Shown here: positions 20,877-31,179 of the stretch, piece after piece
Position numbering within the stretch: position 1 is the stretch's first letter
How the letters are laid out: each line of letters starts with the position of its first letter
Origin: an uncultured Acidobacteriota bacterium
GTDB taxonomy: Bacteria; Acidobacteriota; UBA6911
NCBI GenBank assembly: GCA_963827655.1
Contig: CAWHCF010000010.1
Span: 160,001-224,000 of the forward strand
Reading direction: 5' to 3'
DNA: 64,000 nucleotides
Made by a program: the position numbers and the translations under genes
Notes under the pieces: generated by a model
What the model saw: only the letters and a program-made list of their open reading frames with translations
Database searches by the model: none
What the model was told of the DNA's origin: nothing

Positions 20877-22109
20877 TCATGACTTCTTGTGGTCCCCGAC
20901 TTCCGGGGCATCCGGACATGCATCCGGTCCGAAGTAGCGCAGGGTTACCAGCGGCTCGGAACCGGTATTCTCGAAAGTCACACCCTGGACGGCCGCCTCG
21001 TGTGACACAAAGACTTCGTCTTCTGTGAGCTCGCCGAACCGTATCATCGCCGGGGTGTCAAGCCGCATGGCGCCGATGCGCCCGGAACCCTGGACTGCGA
21101 TGAGGCCGTAGGCTCCGCCATCCTGAATTGCGCATTTAACACCCGGTTGCAGGGTTAATTCCTTGGCCGAAAAAAGTTGTTTCCCCCGGACGGTTCCGTA
21201 GATGATCCAGCGGTCGATCCAACCCTCGCTCTCGGATCGGGCGGCCGGAATTGGTTCCAGATAGTGATGATCCTTGAAATGGGTGTCCGTGTTCCGCTGC
21301 CAATCGAGTTGCTCGACCAGATAATCCAGATCGTGGTGTTTGGATTTGGGCACGTCTTTGACCAGTAGATCCCACGAGACGCAGCGCCCTTCGACCATCG
21401 ATTGGTACATGGCGAAAACATCGCTTCCCCACTGGGGCTCATAGGTCAGGATCGAGCCGGGGGCATGCAAGACGCGCGGCGGAACGAGCCAGCCGGTTCC
21501 CGGTTTGCAGCGGTAGGCCTTCGAGTAATCGAGGATGCCGTTGTCCCCTTTATTCCAGGTTTCGAGGCAACGGCGAATATCCTCTTTGGTTGTTCCCGGC
21601 TCCAGGCCAAAGTAAGTGTGGGGGAACGAATTGCCGCTACTGTTCAGTTGCGGAGGGAAGTAATACGACTCCGGCTTGCCCTGACGGCCGAGAAGTCTGG
21701 CCTGCTCATCGTCTTGATGCATATGGTGCGGGATCGGTCCGAGATTATCGAAGAACTTCGAATAGACCGGCCAGCGCTTGTACTCATCCCACATCCTCTT
21801 GCCGATCAGCCGGCGTCCTTCGACACCAATTGCTTCACGAAGGGTGAAGCGATTCTTCCCGGAAATCACATAGCTCAGACCCTCGTCGGGCTCGCGGTTT
21901 TCGTTAGCGGCCTCGGTCGTCGAGGCCAGCCAGCGCTCGTCGATTCCGCCACGGTGAGCGCCCATCGCATAGTAGTCGTCGGGATGAAGCTTCAATCGGC
22001 GACCCGGCATCAGGAAGGAACGCGGCACCCAGGCGGGTGCCAGGCGCAGAATCCCTTCCCCCGACTCGAGGGCCTGGGCGATTTGCGAATCCTTGGATCG
22101 TTTCGGCAT
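20877..22109 (-). CDS. Conserved cupin-like protein (distant mannose-6-phosphate-isomerase-like)
   Basis: ERWLAST, KFFDNLGPIPHHMHQ, GKPESYYF, LHAPGS..TYEPQ resemble type I PMI metal ligands; start at MPKRSK is uncertain. Confidence 0.65.
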   Translation of the reverse strand: MPKRSKDSQIAQALESGEGILRLAPAWVPRSFLMPGRRLKLHPDDYYAMGAHRGGIDERWLASTTEAANENREPDEGLSYVISGKNRFTLREAIGVEGRRLIGKRMWDEYKRWPVYSKFFDNLGPIPHHMHQDDEQARLLGRQGKPESYYFPPQLNSSGNSFPHTYFGLEPGTTKEDIRRCLETWNKGDNGILDYSKAYRCKPGTGWLVPPRVLHAPGSILTYEPQWGSDVFAMYQSMVEGRCVSWDLLVKDVPKSKHHDLDYLVEQLDWQRNTDTHFKDHHYLEPIPAARSESEGWIDRWIIYGTVRGKQLFSAKELTLQPGVKCAIQDGGAYGLIAVQGSGRIGAMRLDTPAMIRFGELTEDEVFVSHEAAVQGVTFENTGSEPLVTLRYFGPDACPDAPEVGDHKKS

Positions 22110-22275
22110 GGTTGCCGCTTTCTGCTTATGTCTCACAGCCAGGACCTCGCGGGTTATATGGTGATGCGCATGAAAAGGGCCTCCTGAACTCTTGGACAGC
22201 GCCTTATAGCAAAGGTCGATGACCCTTGGCAAGAAGTAGACGCGCCGCCCCATTCCTGACCGCGAAGGCCCGGCG

Positions 22276-23175
22276 CTACCGGCGGCGCAGTTCGTCCAGT
22301 TCCTCAAGATTGCGAGGCCAGTCGCTCTTTAACAAGCGCGACAGCGCGCGATCCGCCAGTAGCCTTCCCCCGGTTTGACAGGTTGGGCAGTAATTGGTTT
22401 CGTTTTCTGCGTACACGATTCTCTGGACGGGAGAGCCACAGGCAGGACAGGGCAAGCGATAGCGGCCGTGGACGGCCATACCCTCCCGGAAAGCGGTCAC
22501 CTTCTCCGGAAAACCTTCTCCGGCGTCGTGGCGGAGCCGCGCAATCCATTCGGTCAAGGTTTCGCGCACAGCCGAGTAGAGCCGCGCAATTTCGTCGGGC
22601 TTGAGCTGATCCGTCCGCTTGAGCGGGGAGAGCCGGGCTCTGTGCAGGATCTCATCGGAGTAGGCGTTTCCGATGCCGCTGAAGAGTCTCGGGTCCGTCA
22701 GTGCCCGCTTGAGCGTGTGGACCTCGCGTGTAAGCGCGGCGCGGAAGTCGGGCTGGCCGGCTTCGAGCACCTCCAGACCGCCGCGATCGTGTTCGAGCAT
22801 CGCCTCTTCCCCGCACACAAGATAGAGCGAGGCGCGCCGCTTTGTCCCCGCCTCGGTGAGTAGAAGTGTGCCGGTGGGAAATTCAAACGCGGCCAGCCCC
22901 ACTTTCCCCGGAATCTTCGCTTCCCGCGGGCGCCAGCGCAGCCGGCCGGCGATCATCAAGTGAAGGATCAGAAACAGCTCCGCTTCAAGCCGAAAAACGA
23001 TTCTTTTACCCAGGCGCTGGAGTCCGAGAACCTTCTTGCCGTGCGCTTCCTGGAGTGTGGGTTCGAAGGAGCGAACCAGAAACGGACTCGCGACCCGGAT
23101 GGTTTCGAGCGGCTGGCCGATGATTCGCGGTTGCAGGCACTCAATATAGACTGCAACGTCGGGAAGTTCCGGCAT
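22276..23175 (-). CDS. Fpg/Nei family DNA glycosylase
   Basis: N-terminal MPELPD, HLMIAG, GIGNAYSDEIL, C-terminal CPAC..YCPTCQ zinc finger. Confidence 0.93.
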   Translation of the reverse strand: MPELPDVAVYIECLQPRIIGQPLETIRVASPFLVRSFEPTLQEAHGKKVLGLQRLGKRIVFRLEAELFLILHLMIAGRLRWRPREAKIPGKVGLAAFEFPTGTLLLTEAGTKRRASLYLVCGEEAMLEHDRGGLEVLEAGQPDFRAALTREVHTLKRALTDPRLFSGIGNAYSDEILHRARLSPLKRTDQLKPDEIARLYSAVRETLTEWIARLRHDAGEGFPEKVTAFREGMAVHGRYRLPCPACGSPVQRIVYAENETNYCPTCQTGGRLLADRALSRLLKSDWPRNLEELDELRRR

Positions 23176-23292
23176 TGAACTACCTTACCACGAAGGCGCA
23201 AAGACCCGAGAACCCCGTAGCAAAAGGTTTTTATTGCCGATTGAGGCGAAAAAATTCAAAATCGCAGGTAAACACTGAAAGAGGAGTTCTTC

Positions 23293-26076
23293 ATGGGGAA
23301 GCACGGCGTCGGGATCTCGTTCCAACTGGTGGCGCTACTAAGCATTGTCGCAGTCCGGGCGCCGGCTCAAAACAGAATCACCAGTCCGAAAGAACAATTT
23401 GGATTCAACCTCGGGGACGACTACCAGCTGGCCAACTACGCGCAGCTGGTCCAGTACTGGAAAAAACTCGATCAGCAATCGGATCGAATGAGTCTGGTCG
23501 AGATAGGAAAGACCGCCGAAGGACGCTCTATGTTGATGGCGATCATCACCTCGCCCGAAAATCACAAGCGGCTCGACCGCTATAAAGAGACTTCCGGCCG
23601 CCTGGCTCTGGCCGAAGGGGTCGGCGACGAGCAGGCGCGCCGCCTGGCAGCCGAAGGCAAAGCGATCGTTTGGATCGATGGTGGCTTGCACGCTAACGAA
23701 GTGTTGGGCGCTCAGCAGCTGATGGAAATGGTTTACCAGATGGTGAGCCTGACGGACCCGGAAACTCTGCGCTTCCTCAACGACGTAATCCTGCTTGCGG
23801 TTTGCGTGAATCCGGACGGGCTCGACCTGGTCGCAGACTGGTACATGCGAGAATCGGAGCCCGCCCGGCGCTCCACGGCGGGTCTGCCCCGTTTGTACCA
23901 GAAGTACATAGGCCACGATAACAACCGCGACTTCTACATGTCGAACCAGCCCGAAACCGAAGCCATTAACCGCGTCTTGTATCTCGAGTGGTTTCCCCAG
24001 ATCGTTTACAATCATCATCAAACCGGTCCGCAAGGAACCGTACTCTTTGCCCCGCCGTTTCGGGATCCTTTCAACTATTACTTCGACCCGCTCGTGCCGC
24101 TTGGGATTGATCTGGTCGGGGCTGCCATCCACAGCAGGTTTGTCGCCGAAGGCAAGCCGGGGGCGACGATGAGGTCGGGAGCTAGTTACTCGACCTGGTG
24201 GAACGGCGGACTGCGAACCACAGTTTACTTTCACAACATGATCGGACTGCTGACCGAGATGATCGGCAACCCGACGCCGATCCAGATTCCATTCATCGCG
24301 CAAAAACAGCTGCCGAGCGGAGATCTTCCCTATCCGATTGCGCCTCAGAAATGGCACTTCCGCCAATCAATCGAATACTCGATCACGGCGAATCGCGCCG
24401 TCCTTGATGTCGCCTCGAGACATCGGGAGGATTTCCTTTTGAACATTTACCGGATGGGAAGAAACGCCATCGAGCGGGGAAGCCGAGACCACTGGACCGT
24501 CTCCCCCAGGCGCGTCGCTGCGGTTCAGGCAGCGTTCGGGAAGGAACTGGAGCAAGAGCCGCGGCGAGCAACGGCCGGATCCGGTGAATTCCCGATGAAA
24601 GGCTTTGAGATGCTGCGGGACCCCGCTTTTCGCGATCCGAGAGGTTACATTCTCCCTTCGGATCAGGCGGATTTCCTGACCGCGACCAAGTTCATCAACG
24701 CGCTCCTGAAAACCGGAATAACCATTCATAGAGCTACCAGCCCGTTTCAGGTCGGCGGGAAGCGTTACCCTGCAGGCTCCTACGTCGTCAAGACGGCACA
24801 GGCGTTCCGGCCGCACGTCCTGGACATGTTCGAGCCCCAGGATCATCCTCACGACCTCGCTTATCCCGGCGGCCCGCCGAAACCTCCCTATGACAGCGCC
24901 GGTTGGACGCTGGCATACCAGATGGGGGTTTCGTTCGATCGAATCCTGGAGGGCTTCGACGGACCTTTGGAAAAGGTGCCGGGCGTGGTGAAGCCTCCAC
25001 CCGGCAGGGTGGAGGCGGTCGATGGAGCCGCCGGGTTTCTTCTGAGCCATCAAATCAACGATTCTTTTGTCGCGATAAACCGGCTGCTTGCCGCCGGCGA
25101 AGATGTCTACTGGTTGAAAAATCCTTTGCAGGCAAACGGGAGATCGTTCCTGCCGGGAACCATATTCATCACGGCCAAGGGCTCAACGTTGTCAAGCGTG
25201 CAAAAGCTTTCGGCCGAGGTCGGCCTGAACTTCGACGCTTGCGCTGCGCGGCCTGCGGGCCAGGCTCTCAAGTTGCGCCGCGTGCGCATCGGGTTATGGG
25301 ACCGATACGGCGGCTCCATGCCTTCGGGCTGGATACGGTGGCTGCTGGAAAAATTTGAGTTTCCGTTTGACGTTGTGTATGCGCCGAAGCTGGATCAGGG
25401 GAACCTGTCCAGCAAATACGACGTCCTGATCTTTGCCGATGGCGCCATTTCTGAGAGCGAGGGGAGGCGCGGCACGCGGCGCGACGACTCGCCGGATCCC
25501 GCAGGGATTCCCGCGGAGTATCGCGAGCGGCTCGGCAGCCTGAGCGTCGCGAAGACGATTCCGCAATTGCGAACTTTCCTCGAAGAGGGCGGGACCATCC
25601 TCGCAATCGGAAGCTCGACCGGCGTCGGATACCACCTGGGCTTACCCATCACGAACGCATTGACGGAAAAAGCTGCGAACGGCACTGAGCGACCCCTCCC
25701 GCAGGACAAGTTCTATGTCCCGGGATCGATTCTCCAGGTCCGCGTCGATCACACAAATCCACTGGCCTATGGCGTGGGCGAAAGTGCGGATGTGTTTTTC
25801 GACAACAGTCCGGTGTTTCGTCTCAGACCCGACGCGGCGCTCAAAGGTTTACGACCGGTCGCCTGGTTCGACAGCAAGAAGCCGTTGAGAAGCGGCTGGG
25901 CCTGGGGGGAAGCCTATCTGGAACAGGGAACGGCGATCGTCGACGCCAGCGTTGGAAAAGGCAAACTCGTGCTCTTCGGACCCGAAATAGTCTTTCGGGC
26001 GCAGCCTCACGGCACCTTCAAGTTTCTCTTCAACGGGATCTACTACGGGCGGGCCGAGCCGGTGAACTTGCAGTAG
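23293..26076 (+). CDS. Secreted M14-family zinc carboxypeptidase
   Basis: Signal peptide; GGLHANE, NPDG, DNNRD, HHQ motifs; C-terminal GATase-like domain. Confidence 0.9.
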   Translation: MGKHGVGISFQLVALLSIVAVRAPAQNRITSPKEQFGFNLGDDYQLANYAQLVQYWKKLDQQSDRMSLVEIGKTAEGRSMLMAIITSPENHKRLDRYKETSGRLALAEGVGDEQARRLAAEGKAIVWIDGGLHANEVLGAQQLMEMVYQMVSLTDPETLRFLNDVILLAVCVNPDGLDLVADWYMRESEPARRSTAGLPRLYQKYIGHDNNRDFYMSNQPETEAINRVLYLEWFPQIVYNHHQTGPQGTVLFAPPFRDPFNYYFDPLVPLGIDLVGAAIHSRFVAEGKPGATMRSGASYSTWWNGGLRTTVYFHNMIGLLTEMIGNPTPIQIPFIAQKQLPSGDLPYPIAPQKWHFRQSIEYSITANRAVLDVASRHREDFLLNIYRMGRNAIERGSRDHWTVSPRRVAAVQAAFGKELEQEPRRATAGSGEFPMKGFEMLRDPAFRDPRGYILPSDQADFLTATKFINALLKTGITIHRATSPFQVGGKRYPAGSYVVKTAQAFRPHVLDMFEPQDHPHDLAYPGGPPKPPYDSAGWTLAYQMGVSFDRILEGFDGPLEKVPGVVKPPPGRVEAVDGAAGFLLSHQINDSFVAINRLLAAGEDVYWLKNPLQANGRSFLPGTIFITAKGSTLSSVQKLSAEVGLNFDACAARPAGQALKLRRVRIGLWDRYGGSMPSGWIRWLLEKFEFPFDVVYAPKLDQGNLSSKYDVLIFADGAISESEGRRGTRRDDSPDPAGIPAEYRERLGSLSVAKTIPQLRTFLEEGGTILAIGSSTGVGYHLGLPITNALTEKAANGTERPLPQDKFYVPGSILQVRVDHTNPLAYGVGESADVFFDNSPVFRLRPDAALKGLRPVAWFDSKKPLRSGWAWGEAYLEQGTAIVDASVGKGKLVLFGPEIVFRAQPHGTFKFLFNGIYYGRAEPVNLQ

Positions 26077-26086
26077 CCGCGAACCC

Positions 26087-26123
26087 AATACCACGAGGAC
26101 ACAAAGACACGAAGGAACACCAG
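26087..26123. repeat. Half copy of the 8-nt-period REP-like element between convergent genes
   Basis: AATACCACGAGGACACAAAGACACGAAGGAACACCAG. Confidence 0.75.
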
Positions 26124-26128
26124 ATGGG

Positions 26129-26722
26129 TCAAGGAATGTGAACCGGTCCCGGTGCTACGACAGGCGCGGTCATGAATCCTACGGTTTCCTTGTAGGCAAC
26201 GGCGATCGCCGCGACCGAGACTGGAATGGTCACCAGCAATCCAACCCCGAGCAGAATCAAGCCCAGCAGGTTGAACAGGAGCAGCAGAAAAACGAAAAGG
26301 ATATATCCCAGCAGGTCCTGAACTACGAGTCGGCGGCTGGACTCCATCGCCTCCCAGAATCCTAACTTGCGATCCACCAGAAAGAGGTAGGCAAAGAGAT
26401 AGAACGCGGCCACGATAAGCGCCGGAAAAATGCAGAGGGCGAGACCGACAACGGTAAAGATCGCCGTGATGATTCCAACCAGAAACGCATCGATGAACAG
26501 GTTGAATCCGGCGAACAAGTCCATCAGATCGGTACGTCCGTGCAACATGCGGCGCTTCACCGCAATGAACATTCCCGCCAGAAGGGGACCGGCCACTACG
26601 AAATTCGCCACTGACGCCAACGCACCGGCGATCAGGGTAATAAGGATGAAATTGCCAATGTCTTCCTTGAAGATGGCCCATCCCATACGGATCCACCGGC
26701 CTGGCGTCACGTTGTTTGCCAC
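26129..26722 (-). CDS. Integral membrane protein (DUF975/BPSS1780-like)
   Basis: Multiple hydrophobic helices; GPLLAG, F.GF..F, FWEAMESS motifs. Confidence 0.7.
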   Translation of the reverse strand: MANNVTPGRWIRMGWAIFKEDIGNFILITLIAGALASVANFVVAGPLLAGMFIAVKRRMLHGRTDLMDLFAGFNLFIDAFLVGIITAIFTVVGLALCIFPALIVAAFYLFAYLFLVDRKLGFWEAMESSRRLVVQDLLGYILFVFLLLLFNLLGLILLGVGLLVTIPVSVAAIAVAYKETVGFMTAPVVAPGPVHIP

Positions 26723-26990
26723 AGGTCTCTCCCTCCGTCCGCGTATTCGGTACCAGTCCTGGATTACGACTTGTCTTGCCGGAAAGTTCCAACCGGGAAG
26801 CCGGTCGGCGCTTCAGTGACGATGAAAGTTCTCGAGTCCCGCAGTCTCGGATGACATTTGTCCGAAGTTCACGAAGAGCTAAGAAATTGCCAGCCAGGCG
26901 AAATCAGAGGCACGAGGGCACAGGTAGCCCCGCTATGTAGACCTGCGCTAGGCGGTGGATTCTGACAGCCGGAGGCAGGACATTACCCGG

Positions 26991-27317
26991 CTACTCGAGA
27001 TCTACCTCGTCCGGCTCCTGGTCTTCATGCTGCTTGTACATGTACTTTATGACCTGTTTCAGAATCAGAAGATTAGGGCCGTCCTGACGATGAACCTTGA
27101 TGCAGTTCTTGTCGTACCATTCGATTACCCCCCGAATTTCTTCGCCGTCAAGCAGCTTGACCACCATCGGGGTTTTTGCGGCCATCTGCTTGATATAGTA
27201 GTAGTTCTCAGCATTGGTTACTTCGGGAGGCACTCGCTTACGCGGGGTCGTGCCGTAGCGCGGCATCTGATCCTTGATTTCAGACAGACTAGGTCGGATC
27301 AGCTTGCGATTAACCAT
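26991..27317 (-). CDS. Hfq-like Sm-fold RNA chaperone
   Basis: KTPMVVKLLDGEEIRGVIEWYD..IK....NLLILK.VI matches the Sm1/Sm2 pattern; strong AGGAGGAAGG RBS. Confidence 0.7.
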   Translation of the reverse strand: MVNRKLIRPSLSEIKDQMPRYGTTPRKRVPPEVTNAENYYYIKQMAAKTPMVVKLLDGEEIRGVIEWYDKNCIKVHRQDGPNLLILKQVIKYMYKQHEDQEPDEVDLE

Positions 27318-27525
27318 AAAGCCTTCCTCCTAGGGAGGTACATAATATGAAAACCAAAAATCTTTGGGGGAAACGCGCTGCCTGCTGTTCGTGACCGCCC
27401 AAACGGATTACAAATCGCGACAGGATCTTCCAAAGCCGGATTGCCAACATACTAGCTTGCGCTGCAACCTTTGACAAGAGAAAAATTATCCGGTACCTTA
27501 GGTTAGTCATGGATTTCCAGCAACT

Positions 27526-27563
27526 CAGGGTTCGCGCAATAATAAGCGTTACATTCTGCTGCG
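27526..27563 (+). repeat. Dispersed ~38-bp motif, IS/MITE-end-like
   Basis: AGGGTTCGCGCAATAATAAGCGTTACATTCTGCTGC; related copies at 30999 (+) and 37046-37076 (-). Confidence 0.5.
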
Positions 27564-27650
27564 GGGGCCTCCGGGCTGCAGTCCGAAGGGGCGCGATCCC
27601 GAGCGCGCCAGACTGCGCGGCGAACGGAAAACACGGTTAAAAACTGTCCA

Positions 27651-28178
27651 ATGACTTTAGCGCCACAAGGTGAAGGTATTTCAGGGCGAGCCCTTAGCTC
27701 GCGGGGAGTTCTCCCTTATCAGAGGATCGGCAGATCAGTCGTAAGACTTCGGCGCCTTGGGCTTGCCGCGGTATTCGGGATTCTGATGAGCGCGGCCGTC
27801 GTATGGCCGCAGACTAGCCAAAATCGGCCCGCTCTTATCCGGGACACAGATAAAGCCGAGGGCAAGGAAGAAGAGGCTACAAAGGAAAAGACCTACAACC
27901 CGATGGAGGCAGAGAAGAGCGTCAAAATCGGTGATTTTTACTTCAAAAAGAAGAACTACACCGCTGCCATTCAGCGTTACACGGAAGCTTTGGAATATCA
28001 TCCTACCTTCAGCGTAGCCTACGAGAACTTGGGAAAAGCCTACGAGAAAAGCAACAACTATGAAAAGGCAATCCAGGTTTATCGTGACTACGTTGAGAAG
28101 AATCCAACCTCGGGCAAGGTTCCTGAATTCCAGTCGAGGATAGCGCGGCTGGAAAAGAAACTCCCACCTAACAAGTGA
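27651..28178 (+). CDS. Exported TPR protein
   Basis: Hydrophobic signal segment followed by TPRs (IGDFYFKKKNYTAAIQRY, AYENLGKAYEK); start uncertain. Confidence 0.75.
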   Translation: MTLAPQGEGISGRALSSRGVLPYQRIGRSVVRLRRLGLAAVFGILMSAAVVWPQTSQNRPALIRDTDKAEGKEEEATKEKTYNPMEAEKSVKIGDFYFKKKNYTAAIQRYTEALEYHPTFSVAYENLGKAYEKSNNYEKAIQVYRDYVEKNPTSGKVPEFQSRIARLEKKLPPNK

Positions 28179-28231
28179 TCCCCGCGATCGGGAGCCCGCG
28201 AATCCTTCCTCAGCTGCGATTGGTCAAGAAA

Positions 28232-29224
28232 TCACCCCTGCCGAGATAAATAGAGTGACTCCAGCGCGATCTGGCGGTTTACGTTGTGCACGAGCTCCTT
28301 CTTGAGCGTCTTCATGGCTTCGATCGCAGACACTATCCGGGAGCGTGGCACTGAAGCCGCCAGCTGGGTCAACTCGTCGGCGATGTCGCTCTGGCCCATT
28401 CGCTCCGGCGCGACCTGGGCGAAGTAGACGTCCTGCAGCAGCGCCATCACGGACTCCATCCAGGGTTGAAAGCCATCCTTGTCTTTGTACTGGAGGGCTG
28501 ACAATCTGCTCGCCTCGGTGAACCTGGAGGAGGGGCTGAGCAGCAGCTGCACAAAAAGGAGCGCCTGCTTTCGCACCTTTGGATAGTGCTGCGAGTCAAA
28601 TGAAAGCGCAGCCCCGAGGCTGCCATTGCTGAAGAAAGCCGCCAGGCGAGCCTCCTTCGAATCAAATTTTTGGACGCCGATCAAATATTCTTCAATCTCT
28701 TGCTGCGGCAGGCCTCCAAACTGCAGCAGGCGGCATCGCGAACGAATCGTCGGCAAGAGCGAGTACGGATTGCTGGTTATCAGGATGAGATAGGTCCTGC
28801 TGGGCGGTTCCTCCAGTGTTTTCAGGAGACTATTCGCGGTCTCGTTTTTCATCTGATCCGCGGGATCCAGAATTGCGAACCGATAACGAGCTTCGAAGGG
28901 TTCGAAGGCGACTTCATTGATCAGCGCCCGGATCTGTTCAATCCGGATGACGGTACCTTCGGGTTTGATCTCACGGATGTCGGGATGATTTCCCTGACGA
29001 TCGAATCTTCAGGCAACTTCGACAGGCTCCGCACGCGTCTTCTCCAGCCGGGGAAAGACAATTGATTGTTGCGCCACAAGCAACGCGAGCGTTCGCTTCC
29101 CTACGCCGGAAGGTCCGGCAAAGATCAGGGCGTGGGGAAGTCGATTCCGAGCCAATGCGCCGCGCACGATGTGCACGACCGGGGCATTGCCGAGAAATGA
29201 ACCGAAAGTCGTTGGTTGCTGCAT
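28232..29224 (-). CDS. holB: DNA polymerase III delta' subunit, with two compensating frameshifts (~29066 and ~28995)
   Basis: RLPHALIFAGPSGVGK; shifted frame INC..DACGACRSC; then GNHPD..IRIEQIR..ADQM..ANSLLKTLEEPP..LLPTIRSRC; follows tmk. Confidence 0.93.
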
Positions 29225-29243
29225 CGGGCTAGCTCAATTTCGA

Positions 29244-29399
29244 AGCTATCAGCTATCACCGTCTGCTGTCAGCTGTCAGCTTCAACTTCCGAGATAGTAA
29301 TGTCGGTGCCCACAAAAGCAAAATGTTACGGGTTTGTTTTACGAAGTCTCTGAGGCCGCAACCCAGCGTTCTTCGTCCAGAAGCTGACGGCTGATAGCT
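29244..29399. repeat. Inverted heptamer tandem repeat (AGCTATC/AGCTGTC ... GCTGACG/GCTGATA)
   Basis: Left arm 29244-29281 and right arm 29382-29399, between tmk and holB. Confidence 0.7.
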
Positions 29400-29403
29400 C
29401 CTC

Positions 29404-30042
29404 TCAGGACTTCGTCGACAACCAGGTTTTGAGCAGGACCTGGATTCGGTCGAATACTTCGTCCTCGCTTCCTGACGAATCAATAACCCGGACGCGCTGG
29501 GGAGCGGATTCAGCCAGGGCGAGGTATCCTTTTCGAACGTCTCTGTGGAACGAAATGTCCTCCGCTTCGAACCGTCCTTCGTCCGTGTCCGGGCCCTTTG
29601 CTTGATCGCGAGACCGGGCGCGCGCAAGCCCGACCGTGGGATCGACGTCCAGCAGGATGGTGAGGTCGGGCTCCGGAATCCGCAGGGCGGCGGCCAGAGC
29701 ATCGATCAATTCCCGGGGCAGCCGGCGCGCGAAGCCCTGATACACGCGGGTGGCATCGTGAAATCGGTCACAGAGGACGATGATACCGCGGTCCAGGGCC
29801 GGTTGAATCACTTCGTTGACATGCTGGTAGCGGTCGGCAAGATAGAGGAGAAGCTCGGTCACCGGTTCCCGCGGCGGCCCGCCTTCTCGAAGCAGAACCT
29901 GCCTCAGGGCCAGGCCGAGCCCAGTGCCCCCGGGTTCGCGCGTGACCAGGCAACGAAGGTTTTTTTGGTTTAGATATTTCTCGACTCGTCGAATCTGCAG
30001 GCTCTTCCCTGATCCTTCAATCCCTTCAAATGTGATGAACAT
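29404..30042 (-). CDS. tmk: Thymidylate kinase
   Basis: FITFEGIEGSGKS, TREPGGT, ELLLYLADR, CDRF, PDLTILLD. Confidence 0.97.
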   Translation of the reverse strand: MFITFEGIEGSGKSLQIRRVEKYLNQKNLRCLVTREPGGTGLGLALRQVLLREGGPPREPVTELLLYLADRYQHVNEVIQPALDRGIIVLCDRFHDATRVYQGFARRLPRELIDALAAALRIPEPDLTILLDVDPTVGLARARSRDQAKGPDTDEGRFEAEDISFHRDVRKGYLALAESAPQRVRVIDSSGSEDEVFDRIQVLLKTWLSTKS

Positions 30043-30174
30043 CGGCCCGATCCCGCTGACAATGAAAACCGGACGCAGACTCCCAAGAAACGCGAACCAT
30101 CTTTACCGACGAGTTGGTACTATACAACCGGACTGGAAGCGGCAGGTCATCGAAAGCAGATCCGGGCAAGCTGA

Positions 30175-30886
30175 ATGACCGATATTTCAAGCAACGTCAA
30201 GCAAGTTTGCGAGCACATCAATCACGCTGCGGCAGCCAGCAGGCCGCGATCCCAAGGACGTCACGCTGGTCGCCATAAGCAAGACCTTTCCGGTGGAAGC
30301 AATTTCCGAAGCCATTGAGGCAGGCCTTCGAACGTTCGGCGAAAACCGCGTCCAGGAAGCTGAACCCAAGATCGGTTCGCTGGCCGCGAACCGCGCGCTC
30401 GAATGGCATCTGGTGGGGCACCTTCAATCAAACAAAGCCAAACGAGCGGTCCAACTCTTTGAGGTCATTCACTCAGTCGACAGTATCAAGCTGGCGCAAA
30501 AGCTCAGCCAGAGCTGTGTCGAGCTGGAAAAATCGGTTTCGGTCTTGATTCAGGTCAACCTTGGGTTGGAACAGACGAAATCCGGCGCAAGAAGCGAGCA
30601 GGTCGAGGAAATCGTTGATCAGGTTGCCCGTCTTCCAGGTTTGCGCCTGGATGGGTTGATGACTATTCCCCCTTTCTTCGAAAACCCGGATCAGAGCCGC
30701 CCTTTTTTCGCCCGGCTACGTGAGTTGAGGGATCGCATCGAGTCGGCTCATCCAGGCTCCCTGGGGCGGAAGCATCTTTCGATGGGTATGAGCCATGATT
30801 TCCGGGTGGCGATCGAAGAGGGCGCAACCATCGTGCGAATCGGAACGGCAATTTTCGGAAACCGCGAAGACGCAAAGCAGCCGTGA
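30175..30886 (+). CDS. yggS: PLP homeostasis protein YggS, frameshifted near 30236
   Basis: ATG 30175 (MTDISSNV), shift into AGRDP.DVTLVAISKT, FGENRVQE, WHLVGHLQSNK, LSMGMSHDF, VRIGTAIFG. Confidence 0.93.
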
Positions 30887-31085
30887 GGCCGCAACCAAAA
30901 AGAAAAAAGCACCGCAGAGACGCCCGAGGGCGCAGAGGCATGCAGAGTGTTTCACTTTTATCCGAGCTCGATCAAAGAACCAAGACAAGCCGGCCCTTTA
31001 GGGTTCGCGCAGAAATAGGTTCGCATCTGCTGCAGCCCAAAGCTGGCGCTCGAACGAATCGGCGCTGCTAGATAAAGCGCTACAT

Positions 31086-31179
31086 GGAGGCGCTCCGAGT
31101 AATCGCTCTTTCCGAATTAGAGACCTGAACCTCCGTGTGGCATTCGGACTCAGCCAGCGGAAGTGCTCTTCCTCCACCA
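31086..31179 (+). ncRNA. Candidate structured small RNA of unknown family (strand uncertain)
   Basis: Nested helices GGAGG/CCTCC, GCGCTCCG/CGGAAGTGC and TCCGAAT/ATTCGGA in a ~490-bp intergenic gap; ends in ACCA. Confidence 0.35.

Noticed and set aside
30911-30946. ACCGCAGAGACGCCCGAGGGCGCAGAGG short periodic tract after yggS
   Set aside because: Single degenerate copy in the window; possibly another repeat family but not supportable here.
31086-31179. tRNA, tRNA-Sec, tmRNA, SRP or 6S identity for the ACCA-ending hairpin
   Set aside because: No TTCGA T-loop, D-arm or anticodon arm; no SRP GGAA-loop motif; too short for 6S or tmRNA. Kept only as an unclassified candidate.
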